Shown here piece after piece: positions 56,095-64,000 of a stretch of 64,000 nt of DNA. The notes under the pieces were generated by a model. The model worked only from the letters and a program-made list of their open reading frames with translations, ran no database searches and was not told the origin of the DNA. Position 1 is the stretch's first letter; every line of letters begins with the position of its first letter. The stretch lies in IMG/VR virus record IMGVR_UViG_3300034158_000023, positions 124,001 to 188,000 of that record; one strand, written 5' to 3'. The translations under genes and the position numbers were made by a program.

Positions 56095-56616
56095 ATGATC
56101 AATAAGAGTCATTACGTGACTATTGTACCCAAATGGTTAGCTGACCAGTTAGCGTTAGTTGGTGAAGATTTGAAGATAGTTGAAGACTTTCAAAAACTAT
56201 CCGCTATAATATCAGCAAGTGAAATAAGTTATTACTTTTTATCTATTCAAAAGCTCCGTGAATACCTTCCTGATGCGTTTGATGATATGCGATTGTTATC
56301 AGAAAAAAGTAATAATTTGCAATGGGTGTCTGAAAACGGTGATGTTATAGCTAAGGCAAAGTTAGAATTCGATAAAGCTTTTTATAAGGCCAAAGGAAAT
56401 TTAACTAAAGATGATGTAGATCTTATAGTGAGACGCACGTCTTATAAACCTAAAGCTATTGCTGATGATACTCTAGCATTAGTTGGATTTGATTGCGAAA
56501 CCGAATACCCCTATTCGAAGTTCTTACGTGATTGTTGCGCTGAATTAAATAAACAAATATTATTTGACCAGTATAGCAACATGGAAGTGTTTCGACAATA
56601 CACAAGACATGCTTAA
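56095..56616 (+). CDS. Conserved protein upstream of capsid gene (phiKZ gp119-like)
   Basis: 173 aa with GGGAG SD. Synteny. Confidence 0.55.
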   Translation: MINKSHYVTIVPKWLADQLALVGEDLKIVEDFQKLSAIISASEISYYFLSIQKLREYLPDAFDDMRLLSEKSNNLQWVSENGDVIAKAKLEFDKAFYKAKGNLTKDDVDLIVRRTSYKPKAIADDTLALVGFDCETEYPYSKFLRDCCAELNKQILFDQYSNMEVFRQYTRHA

Positions 56617-56660
56617 TAATAGTGTGTAATTTAATTCTGACGACTCCATCGGTCGTATAG

Positions 56661-56664
56661 TATG
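56661..56664 (+). promoter_or_regulatory. Possible late (nvRNAP) promoter TATG upstream of MCP
   Basis: The phiKZ late consensus is TATG at the start site. The motif is short, so support is weak. Confidence 0.3.
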
Positions 56665-56721
56665 CAGTAGTGGCCTCGGCCGTTATTATATTCCTTAAGA
56701 TTAACCTTCCAGAGGTACGTT

Positions 56722-58887
56722 ATGTCCCATTTTACACGAGTAGATCAAAGTTCAGGTCTTGGTGCTCTGTACGCAACCATTAATGCAACTCTTTCTAAAC
56801 AAGCTGCGGTTGTTGCAAACGACGTTACTGCTAGAGCTGTAGCTGGTTTAGAGTCTGCTGCTATTGGCGCTCACCGCGACACTCACAAAAACATTGAGAA
56901 CATGCTGTCACAGTGTGTTACTAGCGTTCCAAGCGTCGCTGCCCCAACTTGCCACGGCTTAGAAGCTGCTGCAATCCTTGTAGCTGCATCAAGCAATCCA
57001 TCTGTTTATCACGACGCCGTACGTGGTGCACAAAACATCCACGCTAAACTGCGTGAGTTCGGTCCTTTAGGTAGCGGTAACGCAGGTGCTTTAAGCTACT
57101 CTACTGGTACTGAGTCATTTGATACTCAAGAACTAGCCAAGCACACTGTACAGTCAATCACTTACACGATTGATGCCGTTCGTCAAGATGCATTAGGTGA
57201 ATTGTTCTTCCCAACAATCGTAGCAACTCCAGACCAAGCTTTCTATAAAGCTTCTGTAGTTCGTCCTACGATCTTCCGCGGTATTACTCACAGTCGTGAT
57301 GGTAATCCGACCAAGTGGGAAAAGTACAACCTGTTAGACGCGTATCGTGATGCTTCTTTACTGAAGAACGATTCAACTCGTCTGATTCCATATGCTTCAT
57401 CTGAAGCAGTTGACAACTTAGCGCCTGTTTCTGAAATCGCTACAGTTAACGTTAAAGTCGGCGACTGGACTGTTCCATCACGTCCTCTGAAAATGGGTAA
57501 GAAGATTAACCTTATCGGTATCTCCATGCACCCAGATTTAGTAGCTAACGGTGTTTGTGATCAAACTGACCACATTGACCGCGCTGCACGTGTTGAAGCG
57601 TTGTATGTTAAAGTTACCAAAACTGGTAACGCTGCGCCAGCTGAGATCATCAAGTTCAACGTTTTAGGCATGCCATCAAGCAACTTCTACAAGACGCAAG
57701 AAGGTAAAGGCTACGACGCAATGCTCAAGATGACTCTGCGTTCATTGCGCCTTGACAAAAACACCAAGTCTATCTCTGGTGCAGTTCCAGCTATGTTAGC
57801 TGATTTCGTAGCAGCCAACTTAGCAGTTGACTTAGAAACTGTTGTTGACGGTGAATTGAACTTCGAACAAGGTACTGCAAACGTTCGCGGTAGCCACCTG
57901 ACTCCACGTGCAATTTACGACGTGTCTTCTGATCTGGCTACTCAGTTAACTACGCATGCTTCTTTGGAAAATTTAGTATTCGAACCAGTTTACTGGGACA
58001 TCGATGCTCACCTGACTAACACCAACCGTCGTACTCGCGGTACCATGTTAGACAATGACGTCTTCGAAGAAATTTACACCATCGGTTTGTTAGCTCCTAT
58101 CAGCGTACAGAAGCCAGTGCACCTTACTGACAAATCTGCTGTCACTGAAGTTGAAACAGATACTCTGGTTAAAGCTACTCACGTGATCATCAGTAACAGC
58201 GCTGTAACAACTCTGCTGAACTACTGTGAACATTTGAAATCTTTCTACCACAAAAATATCAATCACCTGCGTGCTGCATCTATCGACGGTGAAGGTATTG
58301 AAGGTATCGGTCGTTTATTGGTAACTCCATTCTACGCCGAAGCTGAAATCGACTTAGTTGAAGTAATCAACTCATTGACTTCAACTGATAAGATGAGCGA
58401 CTTACGTGGTTACTTCACTGGTTTCATCACTGAACTCGGTTACCGTATGGCTCAACGTTCTGGTTACTTGCCTGTGTTACGTCAGTACACTAACAACCCA
58501 GAAGCTACGCCTACACTACTGATCGGTACTGACCAAGTGTTGCCACAGTTCATGATGATCAATGGCGATCCACGTGCTGTCGGTCCTACTCTGAAGCATG
58601 AGATCGCATCAAGCCCAGATGACCGTATGGTTGGTGAAATCATCCTTAGCTTCGGCAAGGTAGATGACAAGAACTTCTGTCCTCTGAACTCTGGTAACAT
58701 GATCTGGATTCCAGAGTGGATTTCTACAATCCCAGTAAACCGCGGTGGCGCTACTGTGAATGAAACTTGCGTACAACCACGTTTCCGTCACGTGATCAAC
58801 TTACCAATCTTCGCACGTATCAAAGTTACTAACCTTGATAAGTACTTAGGTACTAAGATGAACATCGCTTACAAAGAAGTCGTTTAA
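56722..58887 (+). CDS. Major capsid protein (phiKZ gp120-like)
   Basis: 721 aa with extreme codon bias. Propeptide with GLE|S, GLE|A and GTE|S (E131). QDALGELFFPTIV and C-terminal QPRFRHVINLPIFARI typical of phiKZ-like MCPs. Confidence 0.92.
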   Translation: MSHFTRVDQSSGLGALYATINATLSKQAAVVANDVTARAVAGLESAAIGAHRDTHKNIENMLSQCVTSVPSVAAPTCHGLEAAAILVAASSNPSVYHDAVRGAQNIHAKLREFGPLGSGNAGALSYSTGTESFDTQELAKHTVQSITYTIDAVRQDALGELFFPTIVATPDQAFYKASVVRPTIFRGITHSRDGNPTKWEKYNLLDAYRDASLLKNDSTRLIPYASSEAVDNLAPVSEIATVNVKVGDWTVPSRPLKMGKKINLIGISMHPDLVANGVCDQTDHIDRAARVEALYVKVTKTGNAAPAEIIKFNVLGMPSSNFYKTQEGKGYDAMLKMTLRSLRLDKNTKSISGAVPAMLADFVAANLAVDLETVVDGELNFEQGTANVRGSHLTPRAIYDVSSDLATQLTTHASLENLVFEPVYWDIDAHLTNTNRRTRGTMLDNDVFEEIYTIGLLAPISVQKPVHLTDKSAVTEVETDTLVKATHVIISNSAVTTLLNYCEHLKSFYHKNINHLRAASIDGEGIEGIGRLLVTPFYAEAEIDLVEVINSLTSTDKMSDLRGYFTGFITELGYRMAQRSGYLPVLRQYTNNPEATPTLLIGTDQVLPQFMMINGDPRAVGPTLKHEIASSPDDRMVGEIILSFGKVDDKNFCPLNSGNMIWIPEWISTIPVNRGGATVNETCVQPRFRHVINLPIFARIKVTNLDKYLGTKMNIAYKEVV

Positions 58888-58906
58888 CGATTACTTAGTA
58901 TGACTT

Positions 58907-58940
58907 AAAAGAGAGGGGCTTCGGCTCCTCTCTTTTGTCC
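58907..58940 (+). terminator. Intrinsic terminator after MCP
   Basis: AAAAGAGAGGGGC-TTCG-GCTCCTCTCTTTT then GTCC. Confidence 0.88.
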
Positions 58941-58950
58941 CGAACTTATC

Positions 58951-58969
58951 GTAGACATATATTATCCTA
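58951..58969 (+). promoter_or_regulatory. Putative early promoter, identical to 10058-10076
   Basis: GTAGACATATATTATCCTA. Confidence 0.65.
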
Positions 58970-59017
58970 CTGCACAACAATCAAAAATGGAATTATAATA
59001 AGCAGGATGGTCTAAGC

Positions 59018-60016
59018 ATGACAGACACATCAACTCCGATTACTATTCAGCCACCTAAATTAAACAAGGAGATAGCTCTACCTGAAGTGCCTGGATTCCA
59101 GATGAACATTTCAATATGGAATCTTACCAGTATTTCCATCTATGTTAAAGATGCGAATAACAGTGTTTATGAAATATTGTCCCAACAAGAGCCCGGAGGT
59201 CTCTTAGCGGTATACTACAATGTAAGAACTAAAGTTTCTGTTAAAAAATATCGGATACAACCATTGTGTAGGGAATGGGGTAACCGAGTACTTCTGGAAA
59301 GTGAGTTTAGTAATGATGATAGGGCATTTTATATCCCAGAGTTAAATTTAGTAATGGGAACTAAAGAAAGTGTGGAGCGTACTCCACACCCGTTATGCTG
59401 TATCAACCACTCTACAAGACATAAAGTTTTGAGTGACACAGTTGTTTGTGAGTACACGTTGGTAGATAATGATGGAGTGCTCCCACAAATCTGGTTGATG
59501 GATTGTGGCGAGATACGTACATTAACAGCTATCAAAGATGAGACCAGACTTCCTGGTATCTATGTATCCAGTAACAACATCGTTACAGAGGGTGAGTTAT
59601 TAAATAAAGCAAGCAGAGTGTTCCACCCCATGAACCAAGTTTTAGAAGCCATGACTGAAAGGAAATCTAGCGGATTGTTAGCTTATGTATTCCCGAATAG
59701 GTTAGATGCAATGACACACGGAGAGCCACATAAAGTGGCGGAACGTATGCACGCAGAACAGATGGCTACCTTAAAACGAGACAAAGAACTACAAGCACTA
59801 GAGTTAGATGACCTTAAACGGAACCATGAACTCAAGCTGATAGAGTTAGATCAAAAGCAGAAAGAGGTAGAGCACATAAGTAAACTCCAAAGTCTCCACA
59901 CTAAGGATTATTATGATGCTAAATCTTACGTACGTAAAGATTCCATCGAATGGTGGAAGATTGTGCCTGCGGCAATCTCTTCAGTAGTTCTAGTAGCAAC
60001 GGTTTTTAAAGCATGA
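59018..60016 (+). CDS. Conserved protein (phiKZ gp122-like) with C-terminal coiled coil and hydrophobic tail
   Basis: 332 aa with heptad region and terminal WWKIVPAAISSVVLVATVF. Confidence 0.55.
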   Translation: MTDTSTPITIQPPKLNKEIALPEVPGFQMNISIWNLTSISIYVKDANNSVYEILSQQEPGGLLAVYYNVRTKVSVKKYRIQPLCREWGNRVLLESEFSNDDRAFYIPELNLVMGTKESVERTPHPLCCINHSTRHKVLSDTVVCEYTLVDNDGVLPQIWLMDCGEIRTLTAIKDETRLPGIYVSSNNIVTEGELLNKASRVFHPMNQVLEAMTERKSSGLLAYVFPNRLDAMTHGEPHKVAERMHAEQMATLKRDKELQALELDDLKRNHELKLIELDQKQKEVEHISKLQSLHTKDYYDAKSYVRKDSIEWWKIVPAAISSVVLVATVFKA

Positions 60017-60023
60017 GGGTAAA

Positions 60024-61634
60024 ATGAGCGATCATTTGTTTGAAGCGGCTAAAAGGAACATACCTAACATTAACAAACGTTTTATCGAGGGGGTGCCAGT
60101 ACAGGAATTAGCTCATGCAAAAGAACACATAGATCGATACTTCAAGATTGCTTCTCAGAACTTTCCACCAGGTGTAGAGTATTTGCGAGTAGAACGTTGT
60201 ACTCCACAAGAAGCGCATGAAGCCTTAACGGGGAAAAAGCGGGGCTCTCAAAAGCCTACGGCCAATAGACCTAACTACGATTTAGCTAGAACAGATATGT
60301 TCATGTTAAAAGTATTTCTACGGTTTAATGGTGAAGACATCCCTCCTAAGTTTTTAGGTGTGCCGTTTGCAGAGCAAGCAGGTACTATCCATTTACGTGG
60401 GCCTTTAAACACCATCTCACCAGTGTTGGCAGATCCTATCTTATCTGTATCCAAGGACAGTATCTTTATTCCTTTCCTACGAGATAGAGTCACGTTTTAT
60501 CGCCACACTTACTACTACCGTAAAAATGGACTTACGGTTAATAAGTACATAGTCTGGTCTCCAATTCACAGCTATGCACCTAAAGCTACCGCTACAAACA
60601 GTATAAAAACAACAGTACCGCACTACCTATTTTGTAAACTCGGTCTACATGAGGCGTTTCGCCTTTATGCTGGCGCAGAGATTGCTGTAGGGTATGATGA
60701 GATAAATACTGATACCTACCCAGCTTCACAGGGATGGGATATCTATGAATCCAATGGACAACCTTTGAAAAGGAGATCTGTAGCTACGGCAAAATCGTTA
60801 GTACGTTTAGCGATGCGTAGCGAAGTGAGTAACAACTTAACACAAAGTATGTTGGCAGCATTTTTCTATTTAGTAGATGCGTTCCCAGAACGAGTACTAC
60901 CTAAATACTGTCACGACCCAGCGTTATGGAAAGTTCTTATGGGGTTATTGTTAGAGTATTCTGATAGGAATGAGGGACGATTGATTTCTGATATCGAAAC
61001 TCATTTAGCTTCACTTGACCAATACGTAGACACAATAGTAAAAGACGACTTATCGAAAGTTAATATATTCGTTAATGACATCTATGAGTTATTTGTCTAT
61101 ATGACTAAAAACATTTCCGCTCATTTGATTGGAGCCACACCAAACGACCTGTTCGAAAAGAAACTGATGGTAAACCGATATGTTCTCCTAGATTACATTA
61201 AGGCTATCTTTAACTTCAGTTATAAACTAAACAGTGGTAGTGGGAAACGTGATTTGTCATTAAAGGTTATTAACCAAGCAGCTGGGAAGTTCTTAAATCC
61301 CAACATCATTTACAATTTACCGAAGTCTCATGGTGAAGTGAATATTGTAAGCTCGCCTGGTGACTGCTATTTGTTCAAACATACCTGTAGATACATTTTA
61401 CAAGTGGATGCAACATCTCGCAGAGGTAGTGGTAAAAGAAGAGCAGAAGATAGTTCAAGGTCGCTACATGTGTCCTTAGCCTATGTCGCTAGTGCTCGTA
61501 ACTTACCTAAACCTGAACCAACTGGTCAAACGCAAGCAAATCCGTGGGTGGAGTTCACTCATGATTTACATATCAGAGCTAACCCTAAAACTCTGGCGCT
61601 AAGAACAGCTACACAGAAATTGATTGCTAGATAA
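60024..61634 (+). CDS. nvRNAP beta N-terminal subunit (phiKZ gp123-like)
   Basis: 536 aa. LGVPFAEQAGTIHLRG...ISPVL, LFEKKLMVNRYVL and PKPEPTGQ correspond to beta N-terminal regions. Synteny after MCP. Confidence 0.8.
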   Translation: MSDHLFEAAKRNIPNINKRFIEGVPVQELAHAKEHIDRYFKIASQNFPPGVEYLRVERCTPQEAHEALTGKKRGSQKPTANRPNYDLARTDMFMLKVFLRFNGEDIPPKFLGVPFAEQAGTIHLRGPLNTISPVLADPILSVSKDSIFIPFLRDRVTFYRHTYYYRKNGLTVNKYIVWSPIHSYAPKATATNSIKTTVPHYLFCKLGLHEAFRLYAGAEIAVGYDEINTDTYPASQGWDIYESNGQPLKRRSVATAKSLVRLAMRSEVSNNLTQSMLAAFFYLVDAFPERVLPKYCHDPALWKVLMGLLLEYSDRNEGRLISDIETHLASLDQYVDTIVKDDLSKVNIFVNDIYELFVYMTKNISAHLIGATPNDLFEKKLMVNRYVLLDYIKAIFNFSYKLNSGSGKRDLSLKVINQAAGKFLNPNIIYNLPKSHGEVNIVSSPGDCYLFKHTCRYILQVDATSRRGSGKRRAEDSSRSLHVSLAYVASARNLPKPEPTGQTQANPWVEFTHDLHIRANPKTLALRTATQKLIAR

Positions 61635-61655
61635 ATAATAAAAGGTAAAAGTACG

Positions 61656-63446
61656 ATGAACAACACCGTGAATGAAACACTTTTGATGGAAATGATTTGG
61701 CGTGAGTTAGAAAGCTTACGTCGGGTTAGAGCCGTTAACGAATATAATTCGTTCTTAGCGTCTCAGCAGTATCGTGGTCCTATGGTTGATAAGTTGTTTA
61801 ATAACACCTGTGAGTATTTGTTAGCCATGGCTTCAGTAGAAGGTGTCCCACCTGATGCAGTTATGGAGCAAGCAGTGCGTGACTCTATACAAGCGCATGT
61901 TGCTCACTTCATTGAAAAACAACCGCAGCTTATTAACACATTTAGCCCTACTGAGATAGCAGGGTTAAAGAACTACGCTATGCGTAAAGTAATGATGGAT
62001 GATTTAATCGGTTCTGTTATGGAAATCGAAATCCAAAACGCTCCTGCTCCTGGGGAACGTGACTTGGGTAGTAAACGCCGTCGTCGCCAACGCGCAGGGT
62101 CTTCTGACCAACCAGCTACAACAAACGCCCCAGAAGATAGAAACGATTCTGGTCCCAGACGTCGCAAAGGTAGTAGAACAGAGTTAGAACGTGCTCCTAC
62201 TCCACCACCTAAGCGCGCTAGTATCCGGGAATCCATCACCCCCACGGGAGCTAAGCCGATGCCTGCCAAAGCACAACCACAAAAAGTAGTAGAGGCACCT
62301 GTAGAAAACATCATGAAAACGGGCGTTATTATCAAGCGCTTAGAAGGACAAGAAATGGACTACCACAAACACCAGTCAGTAAAGATCTTTGATACATCTA
62401 AACCTGCGCCAGACCGCCCTAAGAACTTTGAAGCTCAAGTTCGTATGGCTCCTTTGGTGCGTCCGGTGTTAGCTGAAACCTTCGATGAACCTGATACGAT
62501 CGAAGTGTTGGATGCTGGCTCATCGGAAACTGAGTATGAAGCGATCCCGTTACTGAAGAATCAATCTCCAATGATCTTTAGTGTTACAGCGGCATGTGTA
62601 GCAGCTCGTAGTGAGATCCGTAACTCTGAGTTTAACGTGCCTGGTCGTCAGACTGGTATTGTGGAATTTGAAGTTCTTACTCCAGTGCAATACTTCGAAG
62701 ATCCTACCAGTGCTAACATTGCAATGAATGAACATTATCTGTTCCCATTGCTTAACTACAAAGACCAAAACGAATTTGGTATTGTGGAATGGCATGCGCG
62801 TTTAGAACATGCTGTGGAAATGTCTGACTGTGCTATGGCTACTGCACTGTTAACTCAGTTAGACCGTTTAGCTACTGTAGAGTTTAACAACTTCCTCAAG
62901 TACACCTTAGGGTTACAATCATCGATTGATAGTTTCATTGAAGACTTCCATGACTTCTATGCAGCTGTATCGAAATCTATGACTGTGCCAGTATTAGATG
63001 CATTGTTAGGTGAAGCGGTAGAAGGTGTACGTAACAATGATGTAGCTGGTGCTATGTTAGTGAAACGTATTGCTGATGTCCGTATATTACCACAATCGCT
63101 TTTATCTTCAGGTGTAACTGATACACAAGGCGTGACGCTATGTATCGTGCAACCAGTTAGTGTAATGACGTTAGGTGCTAACTCTTCTGAGTTGCAGTTC
63201 GCTACAACGTCTAGTGATTACAACAGCATTACTGCTAAGTATGTAAAAGATGAGCCACATGTCATCTCTGGCCTCCTGCGTATGTTTACTGCTGCATTAC
63301 TAAGTCGTAAAGAAAGTAGTGTGTACCTATGTACCAACGACAATGACATTTTCCATATCCGTGATATGACGCGTATTGAAGATGGCACACCTGTGTTGCA
63401 TTTAGGTATTAAGTATCTTACTAACCCATTTACTTTGGGTCTGTAA
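61656..63446 (+). CDS. Conserved chimallivirus protein with Arg-rich disordered linker
   Basis: 596 aa with an AATAAAAGG leader. Core-genome position after the nvRNAP beta N-subunit. Confidence 0.6.
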   Translation: MNNTVNETLLMEMIWRELESLRRVRAVNEYNSFLASQQYRGPMVDKLFNNTCEYLLAMASVEGVPPDAVMEQAVRDSIQAHVAHFIEKQPQLINTFSPTEIAGLKNYAMRKVMMDDLIGSVMEIEIQNAPAPGERDLGSKRRRRQRAGSSDQPATTNAPEDRNDSGPRRRKGSRTELERAPTPPPKRASIRESITPTGAKPMPAKAQPQKVVEAPVENIMKTGVIIKRLEGQEMDYHKHQSVKIFDTSKPAPDRPKNFEAQVRMAPLVRPVLAETFDEPDTIEVLDAGSSETEYEAIPLLKNQSPMIFSVTAACVAARSEIRNSEFNVPGRQTGIVEFEVLTPVQYFEDPTSANIAMNEHYLFPLLNYKDQNEFGIVEWHARLEHAVEMSDCAMATALLTQLDRLATVEFNNFLKYTLGLQSSIDSFIEDFHDFYAAVSKSMTVPVLDALLGEAVEGVRNNDVAGAMLVKRIADVRILPQSLLSSGVTDTQGVTLCIVQPVSVMTLGANSSELQFATTSSDYNSITAKYVKDEPHVISGLLRMFTAALLSRKESSVYLCTNDNDIFHIRDMTRIEDGTPVLHLGIKYLTNPFTLGL

Positions 63447-63460
63447 GGTAGTTAGGAATT

Positions 63461-63488
63461 AGAGGGCTTCGGCCCTCTTTTTTTGCTG
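63461..63488 (+). terminator. Intrinsic terminator
   Basis: AGAGGGC-TTCG-GCCCTCT then TTTTTTGCTG. Confidence 0.85.
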
Positions 63489-63520
63489 TATCGTATGGTG
63501 CAATTTAAGCAGGATGAGAT

Positions 63521-64000
63521 ATGGCTAAGTTAATACGCAGAACTGTTAGCGTAGAAGCAGAAGATGTTTCTGGAGCAACAGTAAAAGAAAAAGAACACGT
63601 ATGGTTATTACGTGGGGTAGACATAGAACAAATTAAAAAGTTAGCCACATCTAGTGAACTTCAAGAACAGTGGAGTTTCATGGGACCTAATGCTAACCTA
63701 CGAGTACGAGCGATAGATAACACTACGTTTATACAAACAGGTAAGTCTTGGGTAGATGGAGTAGACGGCAAAGATGAAACACAGCTAGAAACTAATCTAG
63801 CCATGTTTAAAGTCTTTAAGTCGTTAGCTACGTCAGGTATGGTTAAACGTCGTTACATAGTGCCGTATCGTGGACATACCTTAGAAGTGGATATCTTCTT
63901 TGAAGGTCATGTACCTGATGGTAGACCAGCTGAGTGGTGCAAGGTGGATCTAGAAGTTAAAGATCTTTCTTTACCTGTACCTGATTTGCCATTTACTGCT
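63521..64000 (+). CDS. CYTH-like (triphosphate tunnel metalloenzyme) protein, 3'-truncated; not in supplied ORF track
   Basis: Manually translated MAKLIRRTVSVEAEDVSGATVKEKEH...LRVRAID...KRRY...LEVDIF...KVDLEVK contains the CYTH ExE, LRxR, KxR and EvD elements. AGGA SD. Confidence 0.7.
   Translation, partial: MAKLIRRTVSVEAEDVSGATVKEKEHVWLLRGVDIEQIKKLATSSELQEQWSFMGPNANLRVRAIDNTTFIQTGKSWVDGVDGKDETQLETNLAMFKVFKSLATSGMVKRRYIVPYRGHTLEVDIFFEGHVPDGRPAEWCKVDLEVKDLSLPVPDLPFTA

Noticed and set aside
58987-58998. Mini uORF ATG GAA TTA TAA upstream of 59018
   Set aside because: Three codons and no SD; likely chance in AT-rich DNA.
1613-62795. Numerous 60-135 aa ORFs antisense or out-of-frame to long genes (e.g. 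2254-2529, 14271-14675, 38323-38616, 52307-52702, 61973-62335)
   Set aside because: They lie wholly within well-supported genes, lack SD sequences and have the Ser/Leu/Thr-rich composition expected of shadow ORFs from biased codon usage.
1-64000. tRNA/rRNA genes, introns, inteins, integrases, transposases and alternative genetic code
   Set aside because: No cloverleaf or T-loop context was seen by eye (tRNAscan not run). Core genes have expected lengths without insertions, and the standard code gives intact long ORFs ending in all three stop codons.

Overview
This window is the conserved core of a nucleus-forming, phiKZ-like (Chimalliviridae-type) jumbo phage genome. The host cannot be determined from the sequence. 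Gene order follows the phiKZ gp50-gp123 region. It runs from the C-terminal part of the split B-family DNA polymerase through chimallin, all five non-virion RNA polymerase (nvRNAP) subunits, probable ChmC and PicA, an SF2 helicase, one virion RNAP beta' subunit and the polymerase exonuclease subunit. It continues with a head/baseplate structural block, a DnaB-like helicase and the major capsid protein. phiKZ gp numbers are assigned from motifs plus synteny recalled from the literature, not from a database search. No tRNA, rRNA, CRISPR array, intron, intein or mobile element was seen. The most notable unexplained signals are: (1) a candidate programmed -1 ribosomal frameshift (U UUU UUU, 6-nt spacer, hairpins) that would fuse a 526-aa ORF to an otherwise RBS-less downstream ORF, resembling lambda gpG/gpGT; (2) an ORF-free, highly structured ~200-nt promoter-to-terminator unit at 28.5-28.7 kb, a candidate ncRNA or cis element; (3) a recurring hairpin + (T/A)TGCC terminator signature; (4) an M48-like membrane metalloprotease among putative ejected head proteins; (5) accessory nucleotide/ADP-ribose enzymes (DarG-like macrodomain, NADAR-like, HD, CYTH) and a candidate sponge-type domain.
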